Assembly: GCA_963803435.1 (NCBI GenBank)
Contig: CAWDML010000002.1
Location: forward strand, 218,340 to 282,339
From: an uncultured delta proteobacterium
GTDB taxonomy: Bacteria > Myxococcota > Kuafuiibacteriia > Kuafuiibacteriales > Kuafuiibacteriaceae
Reading direction: 5' to 3'
DNA: 64,000 nt
The notes below the pieces were generated by a model. The model made no database searches and had not been told where the DNA came from. It was given only the letters and a program-made list of their open reading frames with translations. A program made the position numbers and the translations under genes. How positions within the stretch are numbered: the first letter of the stretch is position 1; every line of letters starts with the position of its first letter. Shown piece by piece: positions 1 to 8,989 of this stretch.

Positions 1-278
1 GAGCCCTCCACGCCGACGAGGATCCCGACGCATACCACCGGAGTCTGGAGCAGAATCCGCGCGAGCGGCCGCCTGCGCTCGAGCCCGAGCCGGGAGAGCA
101 CCAGCGCGTCGAGCGCCTGGATCGCGGTCCCGATGCCGAAGCAAATCATCAGGTCGATCACGAAGCGGACGCTGAGCGACTCGAAGGCGAAGTCGCCCGC
201 GGTCGTGGCGAGCATCGCCGTCAACAGCATCGACAGCAGGAGATAGGCGAAGGTGTCCTCGCGCAGCCGAGCGAGCAT
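1..278 (-). CDS. Partial membrane protein, possibly the N-terminal TM region of a LytS-like sensor kinase (runs off window)
   Basis: Read manually: ATG at 278 overlaps the upstream stop (TGATG); MLARLREDTFAYLLLSMLLTAML... is hydrophobic and open to the window edge. Kinase role is only a guess from context. Confidence 0.5.
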   Translation of the reverse strand, partial: MLARLREDTFAYLLLSMLLTAMLATTAGDFAFESLSVRFVIDLMICFGIGTAIQALDALVLSRLGLERRRPLARILLQTPVVCVGILVGVEG

Positions 279-988
279 CAACCGCCCTCTCCGAGGCGGC
301 GCCGCATGGCGCGCGTCCACCACGCGAAGCTCGGCACGGCAATCAGGGACGGCGCGATCCAGGGCACGAACGCGAGCGAGGGTGGCAACCAGGATCCGAC
401 CGTGCGTCCCATCGCCACCACCAGGAACGCCGTGAGCGCGGTGATGCAGGCGATCATCATGGCGCGCATGTGTTGATACCACCACGCCCGCGGACTGGAC
501 AGCGGCCGTAGCACGAAGCGAAGGTCCGCGATCGCGTTCCCGATCTCGATCGCCGCGAAGAGCACCCACAAGCCGCGCCCGCGCGTGAGGCCGAGGGCTC
601 CGGTCGCCACTCCGGCGACCGCCAGCACGAGCGGCAGACCCACGTCGATGAGCGACGGCTGCGGGGCCGCCGATCGCTTGCGCGCGAAGGCCCGGAGCCC
701 GCTCCACAGCGCCGCCGTCGTCAACAACGACAAGGTGCCGAGAAACGCGGCGCTCGCCTGCAACGCCTCCGGTGATTCGCCGGGCTTGAAGACCTCCGGC
801 CAGCCGAGCCAGAGCACGGTCATGACCAGCCCGGTCGCCGACGAGATCGTCATGCCCGACACGAAGATCCACCCGGCCCGTCGATGGATCCGCCCGCCTT
901 TCTTGGAGAGCAGCGGGACCGCGAGCGAGGCCAGGCCGAGCCCGCCGCCCAAGATGTGCAAGCCGCGAAGGAGAAGGTATCCAGCCAT
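278..988 (-). CDS. DUF2306-like multi-pass membrane protein
   Basis: Start at MAGYLLLRGLHILGG; motif KKGGRIHRRAGWIF and C-terminal WWYQHMRAM; several TM segments. Confidence 0.7.
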   Translation of the reverse strand: MAGYLLLRGLHILGGGLGLASLAVPLLSKKGGRIHRRAGWIFVSGMTISSATGLVMTVLWLGWPEVFKPGESPEALQASAAFLGTLSLLTTAALWSGLRAFARKRSAAPQPSLIDVGLPLVLAVAGVATGALGLTRGRGLWVLFAAIEIGNAIADLRFVLRPLSSPRAWWYQHMRAMMIACITALTAFLVVAMGRTVGSWLPPSLAFVPWIAPSLIAVPSFAWWTRAMRRRLGEGG

Positions 989-1135
989 GCGCCGACGCTG
1001 GCTCGAATGACCGGGCCGGCGGTGCCGTCCGACGAGCGGGGCCGAACCCGCGACGAGCGGCGTCTCATCTGGAGGACGCGCCCGCCGAACGGATGACCCT
1101 GGTCGAGCGATTTCGCCCGTGCTAGCCCGCGAGCG

Positions 1136-2008
1136 ATGGAGTCTCTGGAAGCGTACGACTGGATTCGATTGGCCGAGCAGACGAGGGCGCAGCTCGTCGA
1201 GGCTCGCGGGAAGCTCGACGGATCCGCGGGTCACGAGCGTGAGCTGCGATGGCTGGACGAGGCGGCGGCGCTGGCGTCGGGCGATCCCGAGGTGCGCGCG
1301 GATCTCGTCGCACGGGCTCGCCGCCTCCCGGAGCTCGCCACCGTGCGGGACGAGCACGCGTCCGATCTGATCGGACCCTGGGCCGACGCGATCGAGCGGC
1401 TCCACGCCGGGATCGTCTTTCACGCGGGGGTGCGCTCCCCGATCATCGAGGCTCTCTTTCCGCACCGAAAGTTCGATCAGCTCCGCCGCTCGAACCTCGA
1501 CAACGCGCGGGCGTACGGCGTCGAGCTCCAGCGACGGCTCGCGTCCTCGTACCTCGATCGCCTGCTGGCGCGGGAGGAGTTCGCCTTCGCTCGGCCCACC
1601 GTCGAGGAGGTGAGCGCACGCTACGCGTCGATCGCGGACTCGAGCGAGGACGCCCCTGCACCCGAAGAGGCGGAGGCGCTCCTGTCGGCGCTGGCCGCGG
1701 AGGCGGAGAGCGTCCGGCGCGCGCTCGCGCAGGCGCGGCTCCTGGCCGAGGCCGCGCTCGTGCCGGTGGCGGGCGCCTTTGCCGAGCTCGGCCTCAAGAG
1801 CAAGCCGAAGGCCCGCGCCGCGGCGAAGGCGAAGAAGATCGCCGAGGTGGAGGCGAAGCCGGAGGTGGCGCCGGCACCGGTGCCGGAGGCGCCCGTCGCG
1901 AAGAAGCGGGCGAAGGCCAAGGCGGCGCCGCCGGCGAAGGCGCAGAAGCCGGCCAAGGCGGCGAAGAAGCCGCGCCGGTCCGACCGGAAGCCCGAGGCCT
2001 CGGCGTAG
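1136..2008 (+). CDS. Hypothetical protein with Lys/Ala/Pro-rich (histone H1-like) C-terminal tail
   Basis: 290 aa ORF with typical GC3 codon use; tail AKKRAKAKAAPPAKAQKPAKAAKKP. Confidence 0.75.
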   Translation: MESLEAYDWIRLAEQTRAQLVEARGKLDGSAGHERELRWLDEAAALASGDPEVRADLVARARRLPELATVRDEHASDLIGPWADAIERLHAGIVFHAGVRSPIIEALFPHRKFDQLRRSNLDNARAYGVELQRRLASSYLDRLLAREEFAFARPTVEEVSARYASIADSSEDAPAPEEAEALLSALAAEAESVRRALAQARLLAEAALVPVAGAFAELGLKSKPKARAAAKAKKIAEVEAKPEVAPAPVPEAPVAKKRAKAKAAPPAKAQKPAKAAKKPRRSDRKPEASA

Positions 2009-2100
2009 CGGGGCCTAGGAGCGTGTAGCGCGTAAGCGCTCACGCGACCCCGGTCCGGGTCCCGGTCCCGGTCCGGGTCCCGATCTGAAGATGGCTGCCT

Positions 2101-2908
2101 TCAAGATCCTGCTGTCTGAGTCGGTGAAGTTCCTCTGAGCGTGGGGCCTCGGTGTGCCGTCCACATTTGCAGGAACGCGATGATGCGGCCATCCATCATT
2201 TCGTTCAGTTGGGTCTGGGGATGGTTCGAGCTGGTCAGCCTGCGCTCTTGCCTTCTCGGCTCCAGCGCAGCCTTCGCTTCTCGAATGCGGGCAAGGCGGG
2301 ATTCACGGCGAGCGAGCTCCGCTGGGATGTCCTCCTTCAGTCTCTTCAACGCCCAGCCGCTCGTCTTCCTCTTGGTCGATCGTGCGCGCTCGCTCCAGCA
2401 GTTCTTCGATCTCGAGAGACAGCCGCTTCTCCTCCTCGGCCATCCGCTCGTAGGTCATCGCCTTGTGCTTGCTCGCGTTCGCCTGCACCTTCGAGCCATC
2501 GAGTGCGACGTCCGAGCCGCACCAAACCTGCTTTTTGGCAAAGCTTCAGGACTTCGAGGAAGAGCGCTTTCAGTGCCTCCAGGTGGACGAGCCGAAACTC
2601 GTTGATCGTCGTGAAGTGGGGATGACTTTCTCCAGCCAGCACCCGGAATGGAATGTCTTCGTAGGTCGCCCGCGCGATCCTCCGCGACGAATAGATGCCG
2701 GTGCAGTAGGCGTACAGAAGCAGCGCGATCATCATTCGAGGCGAGTACGGTCCTTGGACTGGATCGAGATCTCGATCGCGCTCAGCTCTACCTCATCGAC
2801 GACGTCCAAGACGAAGTACGCGAGATGATTTTCTGGGAGCCACTCGAGAGGGGACGGCGGGAGCAAGAACGATTGTCTCGGAGTCCAAGAACGGTATTGC
2901 TTCGCCAC
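2101..2908 (-). pseudogene. IS1182-family transposase, N-terminal part, deleted/frameshifted
   Basis: GTG at 2908 (MAKQYRSWTPRQSFLLPPS..WLPENHLAYFVLDVVD); DUF772-type motif LLLYAYCTGIYSSRRIARATYEDIPFRVLAG..HPHFTTINEFR. Confidence 0.88.
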
Positions 2909-3027
2909 GAAACCATGGGATCAAGTCCAGGCGTCGAAGTCGATCCGCCCAACGATCGATTCCAGACGAAACGACCTCCAAGAACTTCTGCTGGTCAAAG
3001 TGGACGAGCTACCGCAAGCTAGCTTGC

Positions 3028-3396
3028 ATGGTCACTTTCGATCACGAGAAGCTCGAGGTCTACCAGCTCGCCGTCGAGTATGCCGACATCGCTGAAGAGA
3101 TCGCACAAGAACTGCAACCCGGTCACGCTCACGTCCGCGATCAGCTTCGGCGGGCATCCGATTCCATCGTGAACAACACCGCCGAGGGCGCCGGAGAGTT
3201 CAATCCACCTGAGAAGGCTCGCTTCTACCGGATGGCACTTCGCTCTGACACCGAAAGCGCCGCCTCACTCCACACCTGCTTGAGGCGCCGACTCGCCAAC
3301 GAGCAGAAGGTCCAAGCCGCCAGAGCCAAGCTCAAGCGCGTTGTCGAGAGGCTCACGCGCCTCATCAAGTCGATGAACGCACGCCGGGCTGCATGA
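3028..3396 (+). CDS. Four helix bundle protein (TIGR02436 / 23S rRNA IVS protein-like)
   Basis: FDHEKLEVYQLA...DQLRRASDSIVNNTAEGAG...KARFYRMALRS family signature. Confidence 0.9.
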   Translation: MVTFDHEKLEVYQLAVEYADIAEEIAQELQPGHAHVRDQLRRASDSIVNNTAEGAGEFNPPEKARFYRMALRSDTESAASLHTCLRRRLANEQKVQAARAKLKRVVERLTRLIKSMNARRAA

Positions 3397-3401
3397 TCGC
3401 C

Positions 3402-3466
3402 ATCGGGACCGGGACCGGGACCGGGACCCGGACCGGGCTCGCGGTAGCGCTACGCGCTACACGCTC
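3402..3466 (+). repeat. Terminal inverted repeat with tandem GGGACC hexamers
   Basis: ATCGGGACCGGGACCGGGACCGGGACCCGGACCGGGCTCGCGGTAGCGCTACGCGCTACACGCTC; inverted partner at 2019-2084. Confidence 0.9.
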
Positions 3467-3545
3467 CTAGCTGGAGTCCAGGCGCTCAAGTGTGACGCCG
3501 AGGCCCGAAGAACCGCTCGGCGGCCCGCTCCCACCCCCGCGCGGG

Positions 3546-4448
3546 TCAGCCGCCGTTGCGCAGCCCCTGCTCGATCATCTTCGCCGGGACGCCCAGCTCC
3601 TCCAGCAGGTCGAGATCGAGCGAGAGGAAGGTGCCGACGGAGAACGCGTCGTCGTTGTGTAGGTCGATCTGGACGAACGGAATGATCGCCAGGGCGTCGA
3701 GCAGGCCGACGCGCACGCCGGCGCCCACGTTCACGGCCACCCGCGTGTCCTTCTGGAGGATGGAGAGCAGATGGATCTGGCCGCCGATCGACCAGTATTT
3801 CGCAGAGGGGAGATAGTCGACACCCCCGTCGGCGCCGAGGAAGGTGCCGTCGCCCGTCAGCGAGGGATCGACGTACAGGCCGGCGCGCCAGTAGACCTGG
3901 GGCTCGTGGGTGAGCGCGACGGAGTCCTTGTCACCCACGCGCTCGTTCATGCAGGCGAAGTCGTCGATGTTGCCCATCGCCGAGATGTGCGCACCTGCGG
4001 AGACGATCGGATCCTTCCAGTCCTTCTCCGAGAAGAACAGGATCATCCGCGGCCGGATGAAGACGAACCAGCTCCGGATCTCGAGGCCGGTGAGCTCGCC
4101 CTCGGCGCTGCAGCCGATCTTGGGGGCGGCGTTCGGAGGCGGCTGCGCGCGAGGCTCGGGACAGGGGCCGTACCCGGTCACCGGGTCGTGCGGGTTCGCG
4201 ACGCAGGGGCAGCGATCTCCGCACGCGTCGGGAATGCCGTCGCCATCGGTGTCGACCAGGTTCTGGCCGATCGCGCTCGCGTGGCAGAGGTGATCGAGGT
4301 GATTGTCCTCGGTGATCTCCACGTGCGGGCACTTCGGATCGAAGGCCTGGCACGGCTTGCAGGTCTCCTGCGCGCGGGAGGCGCGCGGAGGAAGCGCGCC
4401 CGCGATGCCGATCGCGAGGATGGCGATCAGGCGAAGAAGCTTTCGCAT
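3546..4448 (-). CDS. Secreted Cys-rich protein with a thrombospondin type 3-like Ca-binding motif and beta-strand-rich C-terminus
   Basis: Signal peptide MRKLLRLIAILAIGIAGA; DTDGDGIPDACGDRCP motif; ATG at 4448. Confidence 0.7.
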   Translation of the reverse strand: MRKLLRLIAILAIGIAGALPPRASRAQETCKPCQAFDPKCPHVEITEDNHLDHLCHASAIGQNLVDTDGDGIPDACGDRCPCVANPHDPVTGYGPCPEPRAQPPPNAAPKIGCSAEGELTGLEIRSWFVFIRPRMILFFSEKDWKDPIVSAGAHISAMGNIDDFACMNERVGDKDSVALTHEPQVYWRAGLYVDPSLTGDGTFLGADGGVDYLPSAKYWSIGGQIHLLSILQKDTRVAVNVGAGVRVGLLDALAIIPFVQIDLHNDDAFSVGTFLSLDLDLLEELGVPAKMIEQGLRNGG

Positions 4449-5452
4449 AGCTGGAACTTCTGGAGCTCCGAACCCATGAGCATGTGCGAGCGGACGTTCG
4501 TGAAGATGCTGTCCATGCGATCCTTCAGCCCGCCGGGGTACATCTTCATGGTGAGGTCGGCGGGTACCAGGCCGTCGCCCCGGACGACGCTGTGATCGTC
4601 GAGCTGATCGAGGACCGGCAGCGCCGGGAACGCCGGGATGGACGCCCGCGTGTTGTGGTTGCGCCCCTGGATCACGACGAACCGCTCGATCCGCTTGAGC
4701 GCCTCGAAGGTCTCCTGGGCCAGCATCAGCAGCATCTCCTGCGCTCGAAGTAGGAGCTGCGGATGGAGGCCCTCCGTGGGATCGGTGGAGAGGAGGCCCG
4801 CGCGCTCCCAGGTCTTCGGCTTGAGCAGCTCGGAGCCCTCCACGCCGGCCACGCCGACGTGCCAGCGCGGCAGCATCATGTAGACCGAAGGCCAGGTCCG
4901 CACCACGCGCTTGTCGACGACGACACCCGGGAGCAGATCGACGCCCTCGAGCAAGGCGGTGGCGGCGTTGACGTTGCCGCCGAAGGGCACGCCGAGGAAC
5001 ACCACCCTCCGCACCAACCGGTGGAAGTCGTCGGGGCTGATCGAGAGGGACGCGACCAGCAGGATCAGACCGCCCTGCGAGTGACAGACCACGTCCCACT
5101 GATCGCCGCTGGCGCTCAGGAACTCGCGGAGCTTGCCGGCGCTGTAGCGGATGTCGAGGCGCCAGTCGTAGTCGTAGAACGTGTACCTCGGCGTCAGGGA
5201 CTCCTCGAACGGCCGGTACACGGCGCTGATGTGCCCGCTCGCGCCGATGTCGATCGGGCCCGAGCCGTCCGCGAGGCCGGAGGTGCGCCGAGGCTCGAGC
5301 ACGTCCGGATCGTCGTCGTGCTCGCAGTGCAGCGCGTTCTGGGAGCCGAGGGCCATCTCGAGGATCGACCCGACCTGCTCGCCGAAGGCACCGTTGGCGC
5401 GCCTCGAGTAGATGCATCCGCCCGTGCCGGGGATGAACAACCGCTTGGCCAT
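4427..5452 (-). CDS. Alpha/beta-hydrolase, LCAT/PGAP1-like lipase/acyltransferase
   Basis: FIPGTGG oxyanion region, YDWRLD, nucleophile elbow CHSQGG, GVPFGG, GDGLVP. Confidence 0.85.
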   Translation of the reverse strand: MAKRLFIPGTGGCIYSRRANGAFGEQVGSILEMALGSQNALHCEHDDDPDVLEPRRTSGLADGSGPIDIGASGHISAVYRPFEESLTPRYTFYDYDWRLDIRYSAGKLREFLSASGDQWDVVCHSQGGLILLVASLSISPDDFHRLVRRVVFLGVPFGGNVNAATALLEGVDLLPGVVVDKRVVRTWPSVYMMLPRWHVGVAGVEGSELLKPKTWERAGLLSTDPTEGLHPQLLLRAQEMLLMLAQETFEALKRIERFVVIQGRNHNTRASIPAFPALPVLDQLDDHSVVRGDGLVPADLTMKMYPGGLKDRMDSIFTNVRSHMLMGSELQKFQLCESFFA

Positions 5453-5519
5453 GGACGCGCTCGAAGCGTACCAGCGCCGCCGGTCGGGAGCGACTGTCCG
5501 AAAGATCAGGAGCGTCGCG

Positions 5520-6708
5520 TCAGCGCTCGCGCGCCACCCGCACGATCCGATTGTTCAGGCTGTCCATGACGTACAGGTTGCCGTCCGGATCGAACGCGAG
5601 CCCGAACGGCCGCCGGAGCCGCGTCATGGTGGCCGGGAGCTGCTCCGCGTCGTCCACGCCGAGCTCGCCGGTCCCCGCGACCGTGCGGATGAGGCCGGTG
5701 TCGAGCGCGATCGCGCGGACCACGCTGTTGTCCGTGTCGGCGAAGTAGAGGTCGCCCTCCGGCCCAATCTCGAGGTCGCGCGGGCCGCTCAGCGACGCCT
5801 CTTTGGCCGGCCCGCCGTCGCCGGTGTAGCCCGCCTCTCCCGTGCCGGCGAACGTGTCGATGATCCCGCTCGAGAGATCGATCCGCCGGATCCGGTTGGC
5901 CTCGGTGTCGGAGAGATAGAGCGCGCCCTCGTGGTGGAGGACGTAGCCGCTCGGGTTGGGGCTCGAGGTGTCGGCGAAGGAGAGCTGAGCGTCGCTGGCG
6001 AGGCCGCCGTCGCCGGTGAAGCCCATGACCCCGGTGCCCGCGATCGTCTCGATGGTGCCCGCGGGGTCGATCCTGCGGAGCCGCTGGTTCTGCTGATCGA
6101 CGATGTAGAGGTTGCCGGCGGCGTCGAGCGTCAGAATCGTTCGGCCGCATGAAGCGCGCGTCGCTGGCCGGCCCCCCGTCGCCCGCGAAGCCCACGTCCC
6201 CGCCGGCGAGCACCTTCACCCAGCCGGTGTCCGGATCGATCGTGAGCACCTTGTAGTTGTGCCACGCGGCCAGGAGGACCGACCCGTCCGGGCCCCGGAT
6301 CAGCCCGGTCGGATGGGTCAGCTGCCAGTCGCTGCCGGCTGCGCCGCCGGGTGGTGTGCCGGCCAGCGGTCCGTCGCCCGGGAACACGGGATCGATCCAT
6401 CCCACCATCGTCTCGACGGTTCCGTCCGGGTGCACGCGCCGAACCATGTGGTTGTTGAGGTCGCTGTACCAGGCGGTTCCGTCGTCGAGGAAGAGCAGGT
6501 CCTGGACCTGGTTGGTCTGCGTCTCGTAGCGCTCGAGGCCCTCGCCGTTGAAGCCCTGCTCACCCTTCTGTCCCAGCCAGGTGCACGCGGTACCGGGTGC
6601 CTGATCCGCACACGCGTCGGTGGCCTTCGCCGGGCTCGATCCGCAGGCCGAGAGGATCAGCGCCGAAGCGAGGAGCCGAACCGCCCCCCTCGGTTCTTGC
6701 GGACGCAT
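5520..6708 (-). CDS. NHL-repeat beta-propeller lipoprotein (frameshift near 6135)
   Basis: Lipobox ILSAC; repeated GxxGFxGDGGPA motifs continue across two frames (ORFs 5506-6708 and 5520-6026). Confidence 0.8.
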
Positions 6709-6752
6709 GGGACCAGCCTAGCACGCGAGCCCAGGCCGGCGGCGCGGGCGGC

Positions 6753-7154
6753 TCAAGCCGCGGGCGCTGGACGGAGCTGCTTCCGGATCTTCTTGGAGAA
6801 GGTCTTCGTACAACCGCCGTGACTCGCCTCGTACGCGATGATCTCGCGGACCAGGCGTGCCTTCGTCTCGTCCGAGATCAACGTACACTCGTTGACCTCG
6901 CCCGCCAGCTTCACGCCCTCGCGGCTGCTCGGCGCCGTCCGATCGCGCGCGACGCTCTCCTTGAGGTCGGGCTTCGACGTCTGGGGCCCACGGCCCTGAG
7001 CGGACTTCGTCTTGGTCACGTCCCGAGGACCGTAATCCTCCATTCGCCGGCCTGATCCACCGCAACCCGGACAGGTCTTGGTCGCCCCGAAGGCATTCCC
7101 GATCCGCCCATCTCCGCCGCAAATCACGCAGGATTCATCCGACTGGTCGAACAT
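6753..7154 (-). CDS. Small protein with a DnaJ-type CxxCxGxG zinc finger
   Basis: MFDQSDESCVICGGDG...CPGCGGSG; ATG at 7154. Confidence 0.75.
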   Translation of the reverse strand: MFDQSDESCVICGGDGRIGNAFGATKTCPGCGGSGRRMEDYGPRDVTKTKSAQGRGPQTSKPDLKESVARDRTAPSSREGVKLAGEVNECTLISDETKARLVREIIAYEASHGGCTKTFSKKIRKQLRPAPAA

Positions 7155-7295
7155 TCGGGGAGCATACGCCGATGCGCCGCGGTGCGGATGCGCGTCGTCT
7201 TTTATCCTACCTGTGATGTCTTCTCTACAGTGCAGCCTGTCGGTTACATCCGACGAACCGAGGCCCACGCTGTCGGATTCAGCGCGGGACCCGTC

Positions 7296-7310
7296 AGGCA
7301 TGCGCCGTGC
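7296..7310 (+). promoter_or_regulatory. Possible sigma-54 -24/-12 promoter
   Basis: AGGCATG-CGCC-GTGC (GG-N10-GC) 55 nt upstream of the GTG at 7366. Confidence 0.3.
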
Positions 7311-7365
7311 CTTTGGCCACGGCAGGGGACAGGACCGTCCCCAGCCAAGCACTGGAGGAACCAAC

Positions 7366-8254
7366 GTGGCGCTATCACCTGTAGGAGCACAGACCGGCGG
7401 TCAATTGGCGAGCACCCTGGCGATCGCGGATCTGCCCGAGGAGATCCAGGCGAAGATCCGCGAGCAGGCCGGCGAGTTCGGCGAGGGCGACATCGACAAG
7501 ATCGACACCGCCGACGAGGCGAGAGCCCTCCAGAAGCTCTTGCTCGGCCTGGATCCGGCCACCGTCCAGGCCAACCCCGCGCTCGCCCAGCTCCAGCAGC
7601 TCGCCCAGACCATGGATTCCGTCGCTCCTGGTGGAGATGATCAAGAACAACGCCGGACCCAACGCGCAGAACGGGGGCAACCAGCCAGGACGCGACCTCG
7701 GCTCCGGCCGCGGCCCGTCGTTCGGGCGCATGTCGTCCCAGGGCCCCGGAGCGTGGAACGGCGGCGCGTCCAACTCGGCGGCATCCGGCCCGGCGCAAGC
7801 CTCCTATCCCGCGCCTGGGAGCCTCTCGGGAGACCGCTCGCACCAAGCGATGCAATACCTCCAGTCCGAGCTCGGTCTCACCAAGGAGCAGGCGGCGGGC
7901 GTCGTCGGGAACCTGGCTGCCGAGTCCGGCGGAAGCCTCAACCCCGAGGCCGTCGGCGACAACGGACACGCCCTCGGCATCGCCCAGTGGAACGGTCCCC
8001 GCAAGCAAGCCTTGGAGGACTTCGCGGCCCGACAGGGCAAGTCACCGACCGACTTCGGCCTCCAGCTTCAGTTCCTCGCACACGAGCTCAAGACCAGCCA
8101 GAGCGGCGCGCTCGCCTCGCTGAGGGGCGCCCAGACCGCCGACCAGGCCGCGCTCGTGTTCTCCCGCGACTTCGAGCGCCCGGGCATCCCTCGCAACGAT
8201 CAACGCGTCGCCTACGCCCAGCAGGCGCTCCAGCTCGGCGCTGCGATGGCCTAG
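7366..8254 (+). CDS. Protein with low-complexity N-terminus and C-terminal phage-tail-lysozyme domain (frameshift near 7620)
   Basis: GGAGGA RBS then GTG 7366; C-terminal LTKEQAAGVVGNLAAES...ALGIAQWNGPRK...QLQFLAHEL...FERPG signature in ORF 7631-8254. Confidence 0.8.
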
Positions 8255-8989
8255 GAGCGTGTAGCGCGTAGCGCTACCGCGAGCCCGGTCCGGGTCCCGG
8301 TCCCGGTCCCGGTCCCGATGGCGATCATGCAGCCCGGCGTGCGTTCATCGACTTGATGAGGCGCGTGAGCCTCTCGACAACGCGCTTGAGCTTGGCTCTG
8401 GCGGCTTGGACCTTCTGCTCGTTGGCGAGTCGGCGCCTCAAGCAGGTGTGGAGTGAGGCGGCGCTTTCGGTGCCAGAGCGAAGTGCCATCCGGCAACTGC
8501 GGCGATGCTCCGCGGAAGATGACGGCAGACAACGGCTATCTGAGCGCGACCAACATCGAATTCTGCGACAACAATCAGATCGATGCCCACATCGCTGTTG
8601 GACGCGAACAGAACCAAGACGCGTCGACTCCGTCCTCATCAGCTTCGGAGCTCACACCTGCCTCGCTCGCTCGCAAGCGAATGCGAGACAAGTTGCAAAC
8701 GCGCGACGGCAAGGCGGTCTACGCCCGCAGGAAGAGTATCGTCGAACCGGCGCTCGGACAGATCAAAGGGGCACGAGGATTCCGCCGGTTCTCGCTCCGC
8801 TCCTTCTTCAAGGTACGAGCCGAGTGGACGCTCGTCTGCCTCACCCACAACCTGCTCAAGCTCTCCCGATCGAAGCTCGCGACCGTCGCGAGCGTCTGAC
8901 TCAAGGCAGCCATCTTCAGATCGGGACCCGGACCGGGACCGGGACCCGGACCGGGGTCGCGTGAGCGCTTACGCGCTACACGCTCCTAG
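8251..8989 (+). mobile_element. IS1182-family composite element, copy 2 (731 bp deletion derivative)
   Basis: CTAG at 8251-8254 and 8986-8989; identical termini; 3' part of the four-helix gene (8325-8493, minus) joined directly to the transposase C-terminus. Confidence 0.9.
8491..8899 (+). pseudogene. IS1182-family transposase C-terminal fragment
   Basis: TADNGYLS...YARRKSIVEPALGQIKGARGFRRFSLR...EWTLVCLTHNLLKL (DDE C-terminal motif). Confidence 0.88.

Larger units (their letters stand above)
2015..3470 (-). mobile_element. IS1182-family composite element, copy 1 (internally deleted; carries complete four-helix-bundle gene)
   Basis: CTAG at 2015-2018 and 3467-3470; ~65 bp imperfect inverted termini starting GAGCGTGTAGCGCGTA; same ends at 8251-8989 and 60280-61659. 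Confidence 0.9.

Noticed and set aside
2019-2084. GGTCCC repeats as a CRISPR array
   Set aside because: Tandem hexamers without spacers; they belong to the element termini and no cas genes are present.
3028-3396. Four-helix protein as Avd of a diversity-generating retroelement
   Set aside because: No reverse transcriptase and no TR/VR pair in the window; differences between copies are not adenine-specific.
7631-8254. Phage lysozyme as a sign of a prophage
   Set aside because: No structural, terminase or integrase genes nearby.
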